A stretch of DNA of 63,830 nt, the filler included, from Reclinomonas americana ATCC 50394 (lineage: Eukaryota): the NCBI GenBank assembly GCA_048213135.1. It is 5 parts of 2 records of this genome, joined end to end, with 100 filler letters (N's around TTAATTAATTAA, not from the genome) between each part and the next. Parts side by side here need not be neighbours in the genome. Positions count along the whole stretch, not along the records: positions 36,571 to 49,774 come from PS015067.1; positions 49,875 to 62,045 come from PS015067.1; 3 more parts are not named here. One strand, given 5' to 3'. The notes beneath the pieces were generated by a model. The model ran no database searches and was not told the origin of the DNA. It saw only the letters and a program-made list of their open reading frames with translations. Both the position numbers and the translations under genes were made by a program. Below, one piece after another: positions 39,976 to 52,732 of the stretch; positions within the stretch are counted from its first letter, which is position 1; each line of letters begins with the position of its first letter.

Positions 39976-40748
39976 CCCAATCCCCCACCGTCGTCACATC
40001 CACCGCCTTGGTGTAATCCGCCGTCACATTGACCTCGACCACATGCGGTCCATTGGCTCCCAGATCAAAGTGCAAGTGTGTGAACAGCAGGAAGCGGAAA
40101 TGCGTGTTGCTGCTGTCGGCCGGCTCCTTGGTGCCCACTAGTCCACGCACCGGTATGTCGTCGTACAAGAAGAGAAACTCGTAGTCATTCGCCACCGCAT
40201 CGCGGAACCGCTCCACGCTCTCGGCCGGGTAGGTGACCTTGCAGAGCGAGGTGAACTCGATGTTGACGCGGAAACGAATGTCGTACAGTGTGCGATGCTG
40301 CGCAGCCGCTATGAGCCAACGCAAACAAAAGGAGAAGGAAAAGAAAGCAAAAGACGAGTGCAACTGCTCTCAGGCCCTCCAGTGTCTCGCCCAGTGGCAA
40401 ACTGCTCACAGCGTCACGATCCGACGGCGCACAAAAGGGCAAGTCGTAGTAACCGTACGTCTCTTGTGGATTCTGATTGAGCGATCGTCAGTGTGTGTGC
40501 GCGCGCACAGACAACGAGGGGACAAGCAGAGTAAGAAAGAGTGGCGCAACATGGAATGGACCTGTATGAGAGTGAGACAAGCATGCACGTCAGCAATGTG
40601 TTTCTTGTTGTCACAAAGGAGGCAACTGACCGATTCTTGCCGCGACTAGTGGCACCTCCTCCAGTCTCTTGTACTCTCTAGCACCGACTGATGCAATGCA
40701 CACCACCAGCAGCACAAGTGCTAAAAGTGCGAGTGTGTGTTGCGGCAT
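39976..40748 (-). CDS. TM9SF1: TM9SF/nonaspanin 5' exons
   Basis: Signal peptide; RIG|PFH|NPQETYGYYDLPFC; LGETLEG; FRDAVANDYEFLFLYDDIPVRGLVG; LFTHLHF. Confidence 0.9.
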
Positions 40749-40970
40749 GCCATGCCGCCGCCGTTCCTCCATTCCTCACACGATTCTATCACCACGCACG
40801 CCAAGCAGATAAACAGCAAGAGAGGAGGCTGCACACACGCGAGGGAAGAGCAAGCTTAAGCGATGCTCGCAAAAGTGTCGAAACACGTGGTTGTCCCCGC
40901 GTCCTCGCGTCCTTCCAATGCAATCCTTGCAAAACACAGCGTTTTTCGCCACTGCCAGACTGCGCGCATT

Positions 40971-42926
40971 ATGCGGCAACTCTTTCTCCGCGCCTTCTCG
41001 TCGTCCACGCCATCACCGGCGCCGGCAGCTGCAGCTGCAGCGGGAAAAGCCGGACGTCGCATCTCTCAAGTCGACTTGGTGCGACAGCTGGTCAACGCGC
41101 GTGGCGAGCAGCCTCCAGGTGCGCCTCAATGGGAGGGGAGAGAAAATGCAGCGATAAAAAATGAGCATCTGAGGGGGGGAATCTCTTACGGATGCATTCG
41201 CAGGTCCGCCTCCGACGCGCTTTGGCGGCAACTCCGCGCAGCTCAACGCCGACTATCACGGCGTGCTGAGCGAGTACGGACATGCGCATCCAGTGACGCT
41301 TTTCCGCGTGGGACGCGCACAACCGTTTGTGCTGGTCACGGGCGAGGCCGCCGTGCGACGTGCCCTCCGCTCGTCGCTCTACCGCAAGCCCTCGTATGTG
41401 GGCTATCAGAACTCGGCAGTCGATGCCACGGTCAGTGCTGCGCAGAAGCAGCAGCTGCATGAGCACCAGCAGCATCACCACCAGAACGATGATGGGACGG
41501 TGGTGGATCACGACAGTCAGATTGAGGAGATGCCGGCGTTGCAGGCGATTGTGCGCTCGCGGTATCCGGTGGTGTGTCGCCACCTGGGCGAGCATGTGCG
41601 TCACTTGCGGGAGCTGGTGGATGGTGGCGGCGGGCAGGCGCTGGTGGATGTGCAGACCGACAATCAGCGGCGTGCTGTGCGCATGAATTTCGAGGTCGCC
41701 CCTCCCTTCTTCCCGGTCTCCTTCCTTCCCTCCGTCGCCCTCGTTGCGCTGATTTGTCTTGCAGGTGTTGTTCAACCTCACCGACAAGGAGTTCAAGCAT
41801 CACTCGGCGGGAGCTTCTGGCTGGTGGCGCTTCATCTCGCCGCCGGCGTCGTTTGACGAAGTGGCCGACGTGATTCGGTCCACAGGTCGCGAGTTCTCGG
41901 CGCGCATGATTGACGAGTGGCGTGGCCTGAAGCATCCTCTCACCAACGTGCCGTTCATTCACGGTGTGGCCAAGGTGAGGTGACGACTGTGACGAGAGAT
42001 GGAGATGGCGTGCATTCATTGATTGTCGCATGCTTGCAGATTGCGCGCACCACCAAAGTCATGGTCGACCACCTCGACAACCTCCACGAGCCGTCGTGGG
42101 TCAGTGCCTGGGTGCAGCGCAAGGGCCTGTCGGCGTTCCGATACTACGGCAAGGTGTTTGGTCTGGTGATGGCGGCGACGCAGACGCTGCCACACACGCT
42201 CTCGTGGGCCATGTATCACTCGGCGTTGGAGCCGGAGTTCCAGGAGGGCATCCGGAGGGAGGCCGAGGCGCTGTATGGGCGTGTGATGGGCGACAACCGC
42301 ACCTGGTCGCCGTCGTCGTCGTCACTCACTGAATTCCTGGAGCGCCTGACGCCCGAGGATCTCAACGAGCTGCCCTTCACCGAACAGATGATCAAGGAGA
42401 CGCTGCGTCACTACCCGCCGTTCCCGCTGATTCAGCGTGCGCCGGTCAAGGACGACGCACTGGAGGGCTATCACGTGCCGCAGAATCTCACCGTGTCGAT
42501 TGTGCCGTGGGTGATTCACCACAACCCGGTGTATTGGGACACGCCGATGGAGTTCCGCCCGAGCCGCTTCGCCGACGACGCCGACCGCATTTCTCCGTTT
42601 GTGTATCTGCCGTTCGGACGCGGCCCCTTCAGCTGGTATGTGTGCACCTCTTTCCCTCCACCCCTGTCGTGCAACACGCTGCTGATGATTGCGTCGACAG
42701 TGCCGGCACACAATTGGCGATGATGGAGCTGAAGACTGGACTGGCGGCTGTGGCGCTGGCCATGGAGTGGCGTGTGCCGGAGGACTTGCGAATTCGATCA
42801 CTCTCACCAACCTACAGCTCGGTGGTGGCCGCCGGCGATCCACGCCGCACGGCCGTGGTGGCCGCGGTGGACATGGGTCCGCCGGGCGACCAGCGCATGA
42901 AAGTCGTCTTCACGAAGCGACAATAG
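40971..42926 (+). CDS. Cytochrome P450 with mitochondrial-type presequence (alternative ATG at 40863)
   Basis: PPG|PP hinge, KETLRHYPP, FRPSRF, PFGRGPFS|CAG heme motif split by an intron. Confidence 0.92.
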
Positions 42927-43079
42927 AGTGTGAGAGGGAGACGGGGAGTGACAAGAATGAATTCTGCGACGAAAAGAAGAAAGCACATGTGTACATGGTG
43001 GGGAGTAATGGAGAGACTGTGGCGCACGAGTCGCCTTGGCTGCGATGGCTGCTGCTGCTGCTGCGATAAAGTCTGCAGA

Positions 43080-44354
43080 TTACACGCGAGCTGGCGGCTC
43101 CGACTCGGCAGTGCGACGGCCACTGCGCTTGAAGAGGCGTGCCACCACATCCAGCGGTGTCACATTCACCGAGAACGCACTACATCGAAGCATGAGAAGA
43201 GAGCACGAGATTACGAACAGGAGGCACACGCAATGAACGTACCGCCAGATGTAGAGCAGGGTGATAATGGTGCCGACCAGCAACTTGGAACGACGAGTGC
43301 CCTGAACACATACAGAATGTGAGTCGCCAAGGTCCGCACATTCAGCAGCACACCGCCGCCACCAACCTGCTTTGTCGGCGTGCCAGACCCAAACGCCATC
43401 AGCATAAAGGCCCACGAGGCCCAGAACGACATCTTCATCACCCTGCACGACAACAATCGATCAGCGCGGGGGTTGGGGGAATAAAACACGGCATCAGCAG
43501 CACTGTGCACGCACCATGTGGGGTTCGACCAGTTGCTGAGGAACTTGGGGTCGCCGCGGAACAGCTTCTCAAAGTCCGACAGCAGCGTGCCACCGCAGCC
43601 TGCACCAAAAACGAGCCATGAGAACAGGAGNNNNNNNNNNNNNNNNNNNNNNNNNNNNNNNNNNNNNNNNNNNNNNNNNNNNNNNNNNNNNNNNNNNNNN
43701 NNNNNNNNNNNNNNNNNNNNNNNNNNNNNNNNNNNNNNNNNNNNNNNNNNNNNNNNNATTGGTGATCGCACGGGCCTTGTAGACGCCCTCCAGCAGCGCA
43801 CCGACGGCCTTGACCGCGGGGAGATTGTAGAGCTTGTAGATGGCATCGTTGGGCACGAGGTACAGCGCCGCCCAGCACGCAGCAATCGTCGGCACAATCT
43901 TGTTGTCTTTGAGGAAGTCGGGCACAGTGCCCGTGAGCAGACCTTTCAGGATCTGACCACCGCATGTGCTGCTCACAGCAGAAACGATTAGAGAGAGGAA
44001 GGAGTGTTGTCTCCATTCTCACTCACTCACTCACCGCACAATGCCCAGTGTAAGTGTCTTGGCCCAGTGCTGATCAGGGCCCAAACCTTGCGCTCGGTTG
44101 CTGTTGATGATGAACAGCGCGTGACCGGCCTGAGAGAGAAAACCAAAGGGAATCGATTACGTATGCAAATACTCAATGATGTTGTCGTCTCTTTTCTCTC
44201 TCACGCACTCTCTTTCTCTCTCTCCTCTCTCTCATTCACTCACCAGCAACACAGGGTATCCGTTCACATCCAACAAATAGTGCCCCAAGAGCGATTCCAG
44301 AGAGGCCAACAAGCCGCCACTTGACGATGCCGCCGCCGCAGACGCAGAGTCCAT
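43080..44354 (-). CDS. TMEM38: TRIC trimeric intracellular cation channel (gap inside)
   Basis: STCGGQILKGLLTG, YLVPNDAIYK..PAVK...LEGVYKARAI, GCGG, SNPTWVMKMSF. Confidence 0.8.
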
Positions 44355-44481
44355 TCTTGCACACTTAGTCACAGTCACAGAGAGAGAGCGTGTGAGAGAA
44401 GGTGTGTGCTAATGCGAGAGCGCGTGTGTTCGTTGATTGGCGATCCATTCGCTTTGCTTCAATCCCGACCAGCTCTCGCGA

Positions 44482-46131
44482 ATGCTGACGGCGATCGCAT
44501 ATCGTCGTGTGCTTGCACGCTGGTTCAGCAGCAGCGGCAGTGGCAACAACAGCGCGGGAGGGAAACGCATCGGGATCAGCAGGTGTGCACACACACACAC
44601 CTGATCGCTTCTTCTGTGCACGATCATCGCCTCGCGCGCACGAGAACCGTCGCACTGCATCGCTCTCTCTCCAACTCTCTCATAACATGCACACACGCAC
44701 GTTGCATGATCATCGCTCCATCGCCACTTGAACCATCGCTCTCGCCCACTTGAACCATCGTCGCAGCACTGTCGGCAATCGACGACCATCGTCCTCCTCA
44801 TGGAACTCTGCCACGGCCGCGGCACCTCCATCGGCCAAGCCCTTTGATCCAGTGCTCCCACGCATCACGGTCAGCCGAGGAAGCTCCTTTTTTTTTTCCC
44901 GCAATCTCTTTGTGCTCACTCTTCGCTGTGTGTAAAAGATTGTGGGCGCAGGTGGCGCCGGTGGCAACGCCGTCAACAACATGATCAGTTCGGGCCTCGA
45001 CAAGGTGCGCTTTGTCGCCTGCAACACCGACGCGCAGGCGCTGGAAATGTCCAAGGCGCCGGTTCGGATTCAACTGGGACCGGGCACGACGCGAGGACTC
45101 GGTGCAGGCGCCGATCCGGAGACCGGTCGCACGGCGGCCGTGCAGTCAATGGACGAGATCGTCAAGGCCATTGAGGGCTCCAACATGCTGTTTTTGACGG
45201 CGGGAATGGGCGGTGGCACGGGCACTGGTGCGGCGCCAGTGATCTGCGAGGAAGCACGTAATATGGTGCGCAACAGCTGCTGCTGCTGCTGCTGCTGCTG
45301 CAGAAGCAACGAGACGTATATATCTTGTGGCGCTGACTTCTTTTTTCCCATCAGGGGATTTTGACGGTGGGAGTGGTGACGAAACCGTTTCACTTTGAGG
45401 GCGCCAATCGGATGCGAGTGGCCGAGCAGGGCATGGCGGTGTTGCGCAAGGCGTGCGACACACTGATTGTTATTCCGAATCAAAACCTCTTTCGTGTCAT
45501 CTCCAAGAAGACGCCACTGAAGGAGGCGTTCCACATGGCCGACGAGGTGTTGTACACGGCCGTAAGGTGCGTTGCAGTGGTGGTGGTGGTGGTGGTGGAA
45601 AGGTTTGTTCACATGTGCACGTGCAGATCGGTGACGGATCTCATGCTGGTGCCCGGCCTGGTCAATCTCGATTTTTCCGATGTGCGTGCCGTCATGATGA
45701 GTGAGTCTGGTCGCGCGCTGATGGGAGTCGGACGCGCCACGGGCGATGATCGTGCCGTGGTCGCCGCGGAAAAGGCCATTACGTTGCGCACCCTTACTCT
45801 TCTTCTTCCTTGCTGTCATGGTCTCACCTCGCGTATGCATGCAGCAACCCGCTGCTGGACGACATTTCACTGCGCGGCGCCAAGGCAGTGCTGGTCAACA
45901 TCACCGGCGGTCCCGATCTCACACTGTTGCGTGTCGTTGTAGTGGTGGTGGTGTTGGTGGTGTTAGCGAAAGAAACTGACCAAACCACGCAACAGCTTCG
46001 AGGTCGAGGCAGCAGCAGAGCGCGTACGTCGCGAAGTCTTTGAGGACGCCAACATTATCTTTGGCAGCGCGTTTGACGACAAGCTGGCCGGCTGGATCAG
46101 TGTCTCTGTGGTCGCCTGTGGCATTCCCTAA
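44482..46131 (+). CDS. ftsZ: Mitochondrial FtsZ, short form without C-terminal tail; 7 exons
   Basis: Presequence [69 protein letters not shown]; stop after VVACGIP. Confidence 0.96.
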
Positions 46132-46244
46132 GCGCACGCACGCACGCCGTCCTCTCTGTCTCGTCGTTTATCATAAAAAACCCACAAACATTTATCAATC
46201 GTGTCCTCCGTCCGTGTGAAAACGGCTCTCGTATCGTATCACGC

Positions 46245-47453
46245 ATGTCGGTCGCACAGCACGGCGCTCGGTTCAGCAAGGCCGCTCAACCGCCACCAGC
46301 GGGTCCTTTCCAGCGACTGCTCGCGCATGTGAGCGTTGTGCACACTTGCATGCATTGCATATCGCTCTCATCATCTCACACACTCTCACTCTCTGCGTCA
46401 AGGCGATTGGCCACGAACTGGCCGCTGAGCTGGCACGACACAGCGCGAATGTTGCGTGAGCTCACTCTCTCATTCTCATCTTTTGTCTCTCACTCTCGTC
46501 GCGGCAGTCGTCGGGGTGGCGGGAGGCCGAGTGGCAGCTGCTCGAGGCCGAGTCGGAACACGCAGCGCATGAGGAGGCGGTGCATCTGGTGCAGGGCCAG
46601 TTGGAGTTGGAACGTGCCAAGCACGAGCACTCGACAGAGCGATTCGGGTTGGAGCTGCAGCGTGTGCAGGTGTGCTGCATGTCGTTTTCCATGTCAGATT
46701 AGAGGCACTCATACGATCGATCGAGTGCAGCTGGAGAGGGAGCGAGCAGTGGCGCAGGTGCAGGATCAACTGGCGGCTGCGCAGGTCGAAAAGGGAGCAT
46801 TGTTGCGCGACATTGAGCGCTTGAGGCAAGAAATGGGCGCGGGCCAGGGACGCATTGGGGAACTGGAGGCCGAGCTGCGGGAACGGTTCGCCCCTGCTTG
46901 CTTGCCTATGTTTGTGTTGTCACTGCGCGTCTTGACAACCCTCTCGCGTTGTGCAGGCAACGGGAGCTCGCGGAGGGCTCGCAAACGCTGCAGGCGGTGC
47001 AGGGTGAGCTGCGAGCGGTGCAATCGCAGCTCGAGCGACTGACGGCCGACGTGCAGCAGCACGATCTGGCGACTGCGGAGGCGCGTGGACGGCTAGAGGC
47101 CACCAACACGCACTTGCACGAGACGCAGAAGCAGCTGAGTCTGGTGGAGTCGAAGCTGGAGCGGGCGCACAGCGAGTTGCGCGAGCGCGACGTGACTGTT
47201 GTGGAGCAGCGACAGCAGATTGCCGAACTGGAGCGGGTGTTGCGAGAGACGCGCACGCAGTTGCAAGAGGCGGCGCAGCGTGGTGACACGCTGGAGAGGC
47301 GACTGGCGGTGTCCGCCGAGGAGAATGAGCAGACGAGATCGCGGTTGGACTCTGCCACACTGGCGTTGAGTGCGCGCGAGGAGTCCCTGTCTGCCACGCA
47401 ACGCGAGCTCGTGGACACCAAGGAGTCACTGGCCACTGTTCGCCAGCAGCTGC

Positions 47454-47487
<34 letters not shown>

Positions 47488-48223
47488 CGACGACGTTCTG
47501 CAGTGGTGTGTGCTCATTGCTTTCTGACGTGCAGGTGACGAGCGTGTCGCTGGAGCGCGACAGTGCGGGACGGGCGACAGCCGAAGCGCGAGTGGCGGAA
47601 CTGGAGAGTGAGAACCACTCGTTGTCGCGGCGGTTGCAAGACGCTGTGGCCGATGCGCAGTCCACTGAGGCGCGTGCACAGCAGCGCGATCAGCTGGCAC
47701 AGGACGAGATCAAGAGACTGGCCTCGGAAATCGAGGTACGCACGATTAATTATTTGCGTGCTCATCATCGTGTACGTGTGAGCTGACGCTGGTAGCTGTG
47801 CAGCGTCAAAAGCAACTGCGTGACACCGAAATTGCCTCGTACCGCGAGCGCCTCCTCGGCAAGGACGACGAACTGAAGGAGATGACACGCAAGGCAGCCG
47901 AAGCGGAGCATGTTTTCGCCGAGCGAGCCAACGCCAGTCGCGAGACACTCAATCAGGTGATGGCCAACCTCCAAGCGGAGCACAAAAACACCGCGCAGGA
48001 GCTGACGAGCGAAGTCGACCGACTGCGCGACTTGCTGCACGAGCGGGAGCGCGAACTCGATCGTGTTCGCGAGCGCATGTCCTCGATCGAGCGATCGTTG
48101 TCGGGCGCCGCACTGCAATACTCGGCCCTCTCACCGGTGGCTCTGTCGCCAGTTCCGCCGGCTGCATCGCCGGCACCGTCGTCGTCGTCGGCCACTACCA
48201 CCACCAATACCACCACAGTGTAA
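46245..48223 (+). CDS. Long coiled-coil protein
   Basis: Successive E/R/Q/L-rich heptad exons; no family recognised. Confidence 0.7.
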
Positions 48224-48562
48224 TGTTGACAACGAAGGAACGGGGGATGGGTCCAGGGGAAGACAACAACAACAACAAATTTACTAATCCAAACAGCAAC
48301 ACAGCTGCATGATGATCACCATCATGAGTGAGCACCAGAAACTCAGACATCACGGAAAAAACGAGAACGGCAAAAAAGGTTGCCGCTCGATGCAAAATTC
48401 ATGCAGCATTTCTTCTCATACTGTTTCTGACGTGTCTCAGTTTCAAATTCTGGGGCCCACTCACGAGGGAGATTATCGCACAGCCGTGTCACTGTTTGAA
48501 TAAGGAATGTTCCTGTAAAGCCGTCCTGTCGTATCCAATCCAATTTCAGTTTTTACACATCC

Positions 48563-49352
48563 ATGGCGAGCGCAAATACACTGCCTCCAAAGACCCTCGG
48601 CACCTCGTTTGTCACTCTGTGCCTCTCCAACGAGAGCATCTACACCTTCCTGCTGCACGGCTGCGTCGGCGAGTGCGGCCAGAGCAGAGGAACTCGAAAT
48701 TGCGACAAGTGCGTTGCACGTGAGCCCAATTGAAGTCAAAACTCGACCAAACTCATCCTCGAGTGCAGGTGGACTTTGGCTCATGCGCTGCTGGTGAGCT
48801 CTTCTCTCTTCCTTGCTGTCCTCTCTCCTGTGCTCGCTCACTCTGTGCGCAGCTGTTGCATCGTGCTGGTGTCACCGCAGAGGATCTGTTGGTTCGTGAG
48901 CGCGCAGTCGAGTTGTTCTTCCAGGCCGTCTACCTCGTCCTTCAAGTCGAGGTAACAACTTCCAGACCTTTGCTCTTGTGCGCATCTCTCACTCTTCACA
49001 CTCGACAAAAGGACGAAGACAAGGTCATTCTGCGCGCAGTGATCGACCACCACTTGCGACACACAGCTGCTGTTGCGCCGCCGCAGCCAGCCGTGATTGC
49101 TCCGGCGATCGCCACCAGCAAGAGCACATCGCGCGAGCGTGCCTTTGTGCGACGCAAAGACGCACTGCTGCGGGCGTGCGACTTTCGCGTGCTGGCCACC
49201 ATCGGTAACCACCTTGTCTGCACTCTGCACGCACACTCTGGATAGACTGACCGCACTATGCAGACGACCTGCACAGCGTAATGCAGCAGACACCGTGCAT
49301 CGCGTTTCTGAGCAGCGAGCGTGTGGATGAGGAAGACGACGTAATGGTGTGA
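48563..49352 (+). CDS. Hypothetical protein
   Basis: MASANTLPPK... with frame-consistent GT-AG exons (WTLAHALL, LLHRAGVTAEDLL, DEDKVILR). Confidence 0.45.
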
Positions 49353-49409
49353 TGGAGCGGGAGGAGGGAAAAAGTTAACGCGGATTGCTTGATTTTTTCT
49401 GCACGTGTC

Positions 49410-49760
49410 TCACACCGAGTCTCCAGGGTCACTCGACCCGCCACCGCCGCCGTCGTGTTGACTGTGTCGTCGCTTGTTCACCACTGTGGCCAGAGGACGC
49501 ACGCGGAAGCAATGAGTCAAAGGAAGAAGAAGAAGAAGGACTGGCAACGTGCGTACCATTGCGATGGCTCCGTCGCAGCTTGTCCATGATCTTGCTGCGC
49601 GCGTCGATCGACAACCGCCCCTCCCTGATGCCCTCCGCCACCGGCGCCTCCAGCTCCAGAATGTCCCACACCTCGCGGGCAAACTCTGCACGCCGCAGCA
49701 TCAGCATCACCCTCACCTCCCCCCTCCTAAAAAACGCACTCACCGTGCGAGTTGTTATGC
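49410..49760 (-). CDS. Hypothetical protein, 3' exons
   Basis: Exon ...FAREVWDILELEAPVAEGIREGRLSIDARSKIMDKL next to a spacer gap. Confidence 0.35.
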
Positions 49761-49874
49761 CTGACGAGAATAGGNNNNNNNNNNNNNNNNNNNNNNNNNN
49801 NNNNNNNNNNNNNNNNNNTTAATTAATTAANNNNNNNNNNNNNNNNNNNNNNNNNNNNNNNNNNNNNNNNNNNN

Positions 49875-49911
<37 letters not shown>

Positions 49912-50075
49912 GCAGGGTGACGGGTGATGGTCGGTGCAAAGCAACGCAACAGCAACTTGATCTGTGCGTACGCCCATGGTTTGTGACAGTGATGACGCGC
50001 TGCGAGCAATCAGCGAATTCACGTTTCGTCCCTCACAAGTGTGCATTTGTTTCTTAAAAAAGGGGAGAGGGGAGA

Positions 50076-50106
<31 letters not shown>

Positions 50107-50188
50107 CACTGCTGTTTCCTTGCTGGACCATTCGGCAGAGCACAAAAAAGAAGACCAAAAAACAGCAGAGAGAGTGGGGGAAACAATC

Positions 50189-50938
50189 TCAGATTGCCGA
50201 GCGGCCGTAGATGCCCTTGGAGGCCAGCAGGTCCTCCACATCGTCGTTGTTCTGCTTCCTCGGCCTTCGTGGGCAGATGATCAGGTAGAGCAACGTCAGG
50301 CCCATGAACGAGACCAAAATGTACAGGTACACCTGCGAGGCGGCATGTGAGACGACGAGTCGCTTGCAATCGGTGCGCGGCCACACACACACAAACGCAA
50401 CATTCCACGCTGGTCCAATGCCCTTCAGATGCTTCACATAGGTCTGGAACAGGGCTGTACAACACAATGGTGAGTGAGTGCAAAGGAAACTGCAGTGGTG
50501 GCTGCGGGAGGGGGAAGCGGCACGCACAGTTGACAGCGGTGCCATTGGTGTAGCCGGAGAAGGTGGTGGCCGTGAACTGGGTGACCACAATCGCAACCAG
50601 CATGACCATGTCGGTGTTGAAGAGGAACGAGCTCATCAGCGTCTTGCCAGGCCTGTGCAAGTGCATGATGAGCCAAAAGAAACTGGAGGGGGGAGGAAAA
50701 CGAGGAGTACGCAACTCCATCGGGTGAATGCGGAAGATGAACGGAATCTGCAGGCCGAAGCGCACGCAGCCCTTGATGGCCGCCCACAGCAGGTAGTACG
50801 CAAAGATGCCGTAGAAGATGATGGCGAAGAGCGCAAAGGTCTTGTCGAGATCAATGAGCAGCGTGTTGATGAAGGGCGACACGTTGGTGAAGTCGTGCAG
50901 AATGATTTGCAGAATCCACGCAATGGACAGGCAGACGC
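50189..50938 (-). CDS. LMBR1-domain (LIMR family) membrane protein, 3' exons
   Basis: SIAWILQIIL..PFIN..YLLWAAIKGCVRFG..IHPME|PGKTLMSSFLFN..VTQFTATTFSGY. Confidence 0.88.
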
Positions 50939-51184
50939 TGCACACACGCGAGGGAAAATGGTCAGTACACACGCATANNNNNNNNNNNNNNNNNNNNNNN
51001 NNNNNNNNNNNNNNNNNNNNNNNNNNNNNNNNNNNNNNNNNNNNNNNNNNNNNNNNNNNNNNNNNNNNNNNNNNNNNNNNNNNNNNNNNNNNNNNNNNNN
51101 NNNNNNNNNNNNNNNNNNNNNNNNNNNNNNNNNNNNNNNNNNNNNNNNNNNNNNNNNNNNNNNNNNACTCACCGTCACCCTCGC

Positions 51185-51222
<38 letters not shown>

Positions 51223-51270
51223 CATACGCTGCGGCAGCCGAATCAAGAGGGCGCAGTTGGTGGCTCACAG

Positions 51271-52544
51271 GTCAGTTGTCGGAAAGCACGCGCCCTCATT
51301 GTCTTACAACTCACTCTCACTCCCTCTCTCAGGTGCATGGTGGTGGCTTGCCTCCGCCTGGCGCCTCTGTGCCTATGCAGCACATGCCGCAACCGGCGGG
51401 AATGCAACCGCCCGGAGCCATGTATCCCGCGCAAGTGAGTGTGATTGTGTCCCATTGCACACACTCTCTCTCTCTCTCTGTCTGTGAGTCTGACTCGTGT
51501 GTGTCACACAGTACGGTGACTATCCTGGAGCGGTTGGTCACTGTTTTCTTGTGCGTGCGCGTGCGTGTCTCACTCTCTCTCACTGCGCACACGTTCCTCC
51601 AGGGCGCACAGTTCCCTCCGGGGTATCAACCGACTGGTGTGTGTGCTTTCCTCGTGATCCCCTCTCCCTCTCTTCTCCTCATTCACCCCGCCCCCGGCAG
51701 TCGTCGTGTTGACACAGACGACAGCGGAGACTCCAGGCTGCCTCGAGCGCTTCAAATTGGCTATTCCGCGTCTCCGACTGGGCTGGGGCGTTGCGTCGTC
51801 GCTGTCCCTCTTCATGCCTCTCATGTGTGTATCTCTCGCTGATGTCGAGTTGATGCGCAGATTGCCTGCTTCATCCTCAACATCATTCCTGGAGCACTCG
51901 GAACTCTGATCGGCGCCATTGTCGGCGGTTGTGATCAGTGCTGCTGCCCGTTGCGTCTCTGCTGCTGCTGCTGCTGCTGCTTCTTCTTCTTTTGCATCGC
52001 TGTGAAGAGTGATCATTGTCAACCATCATAATGGGGGCAGGACTCCACGAGGCGACGGGGCCGTGGTCAAGAGCTGGCCCAACGGCTGTGCGGTGTTTTG
52101 GATCAACTTTTTCGTTGCGCCCCTGTCTCTCCACGGAACTTGTGGTTGCTCTCTCTCTCGTTTGACACACGTCGATGCTGGCAGGTGTTTGCACTCCAAG
52201 CCGGCAGCACATTATTCTTCATCGTTGGTACGCAAAAGGATTCTGCCTTGCAGTTTGTCTGTCTTTTTTCTGACACTAATCACCGAAACACACAGGCTGG
52301 TTCTGGTGCGCGCTGCTCGGTGATCACCTTTTGGTACTTCTCGAGATCTAACTCCTCTCCTCCTGCAGGGCCATTATCTGGGGCTGGCTGATGCTGTCCT
52401 CGGCAATTGATTTGCGCAAGAATGGCAACAAGGAAGGAAGGGTGCGCACGAGACAATCTCTTTCTTTTCTCCGCGCGTCTCTCTGACTTCTCTCGCCTCC
52501 AATCAACGCAGACGATAACCACACAAACTGTAGTAGTCCAATGA
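51271..52544 (+). CDS. Stum/SPEC3 family membrane protein with Pro/Gln-rich N-terminus (5' partial)
   Basis: AIPRLRLGWG|IACFILNIIPGALGTLIGA ... FALQAGSTLFFIVG|WFW|AIIWGWLML assembled from small exons. Confidence 0.75.
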
Positions 52545-52732
52545 CCCCTCGCCGGCGGGTGTGCGGATCGTGTACGGAGGCGTGCTTGTGTACGGAAATT
52601 GTAAGCGCCTCGAAAAATACTGTGTTACTCGCCCTCCTCCCTTGCCTTCAGTGCGAGTGTGTTCTGCTGTATTATTGACGCCAGTCGCTCGAATCCACTC
52701 GTGCACACCCATTCATTCCACAGCCGTCATCG

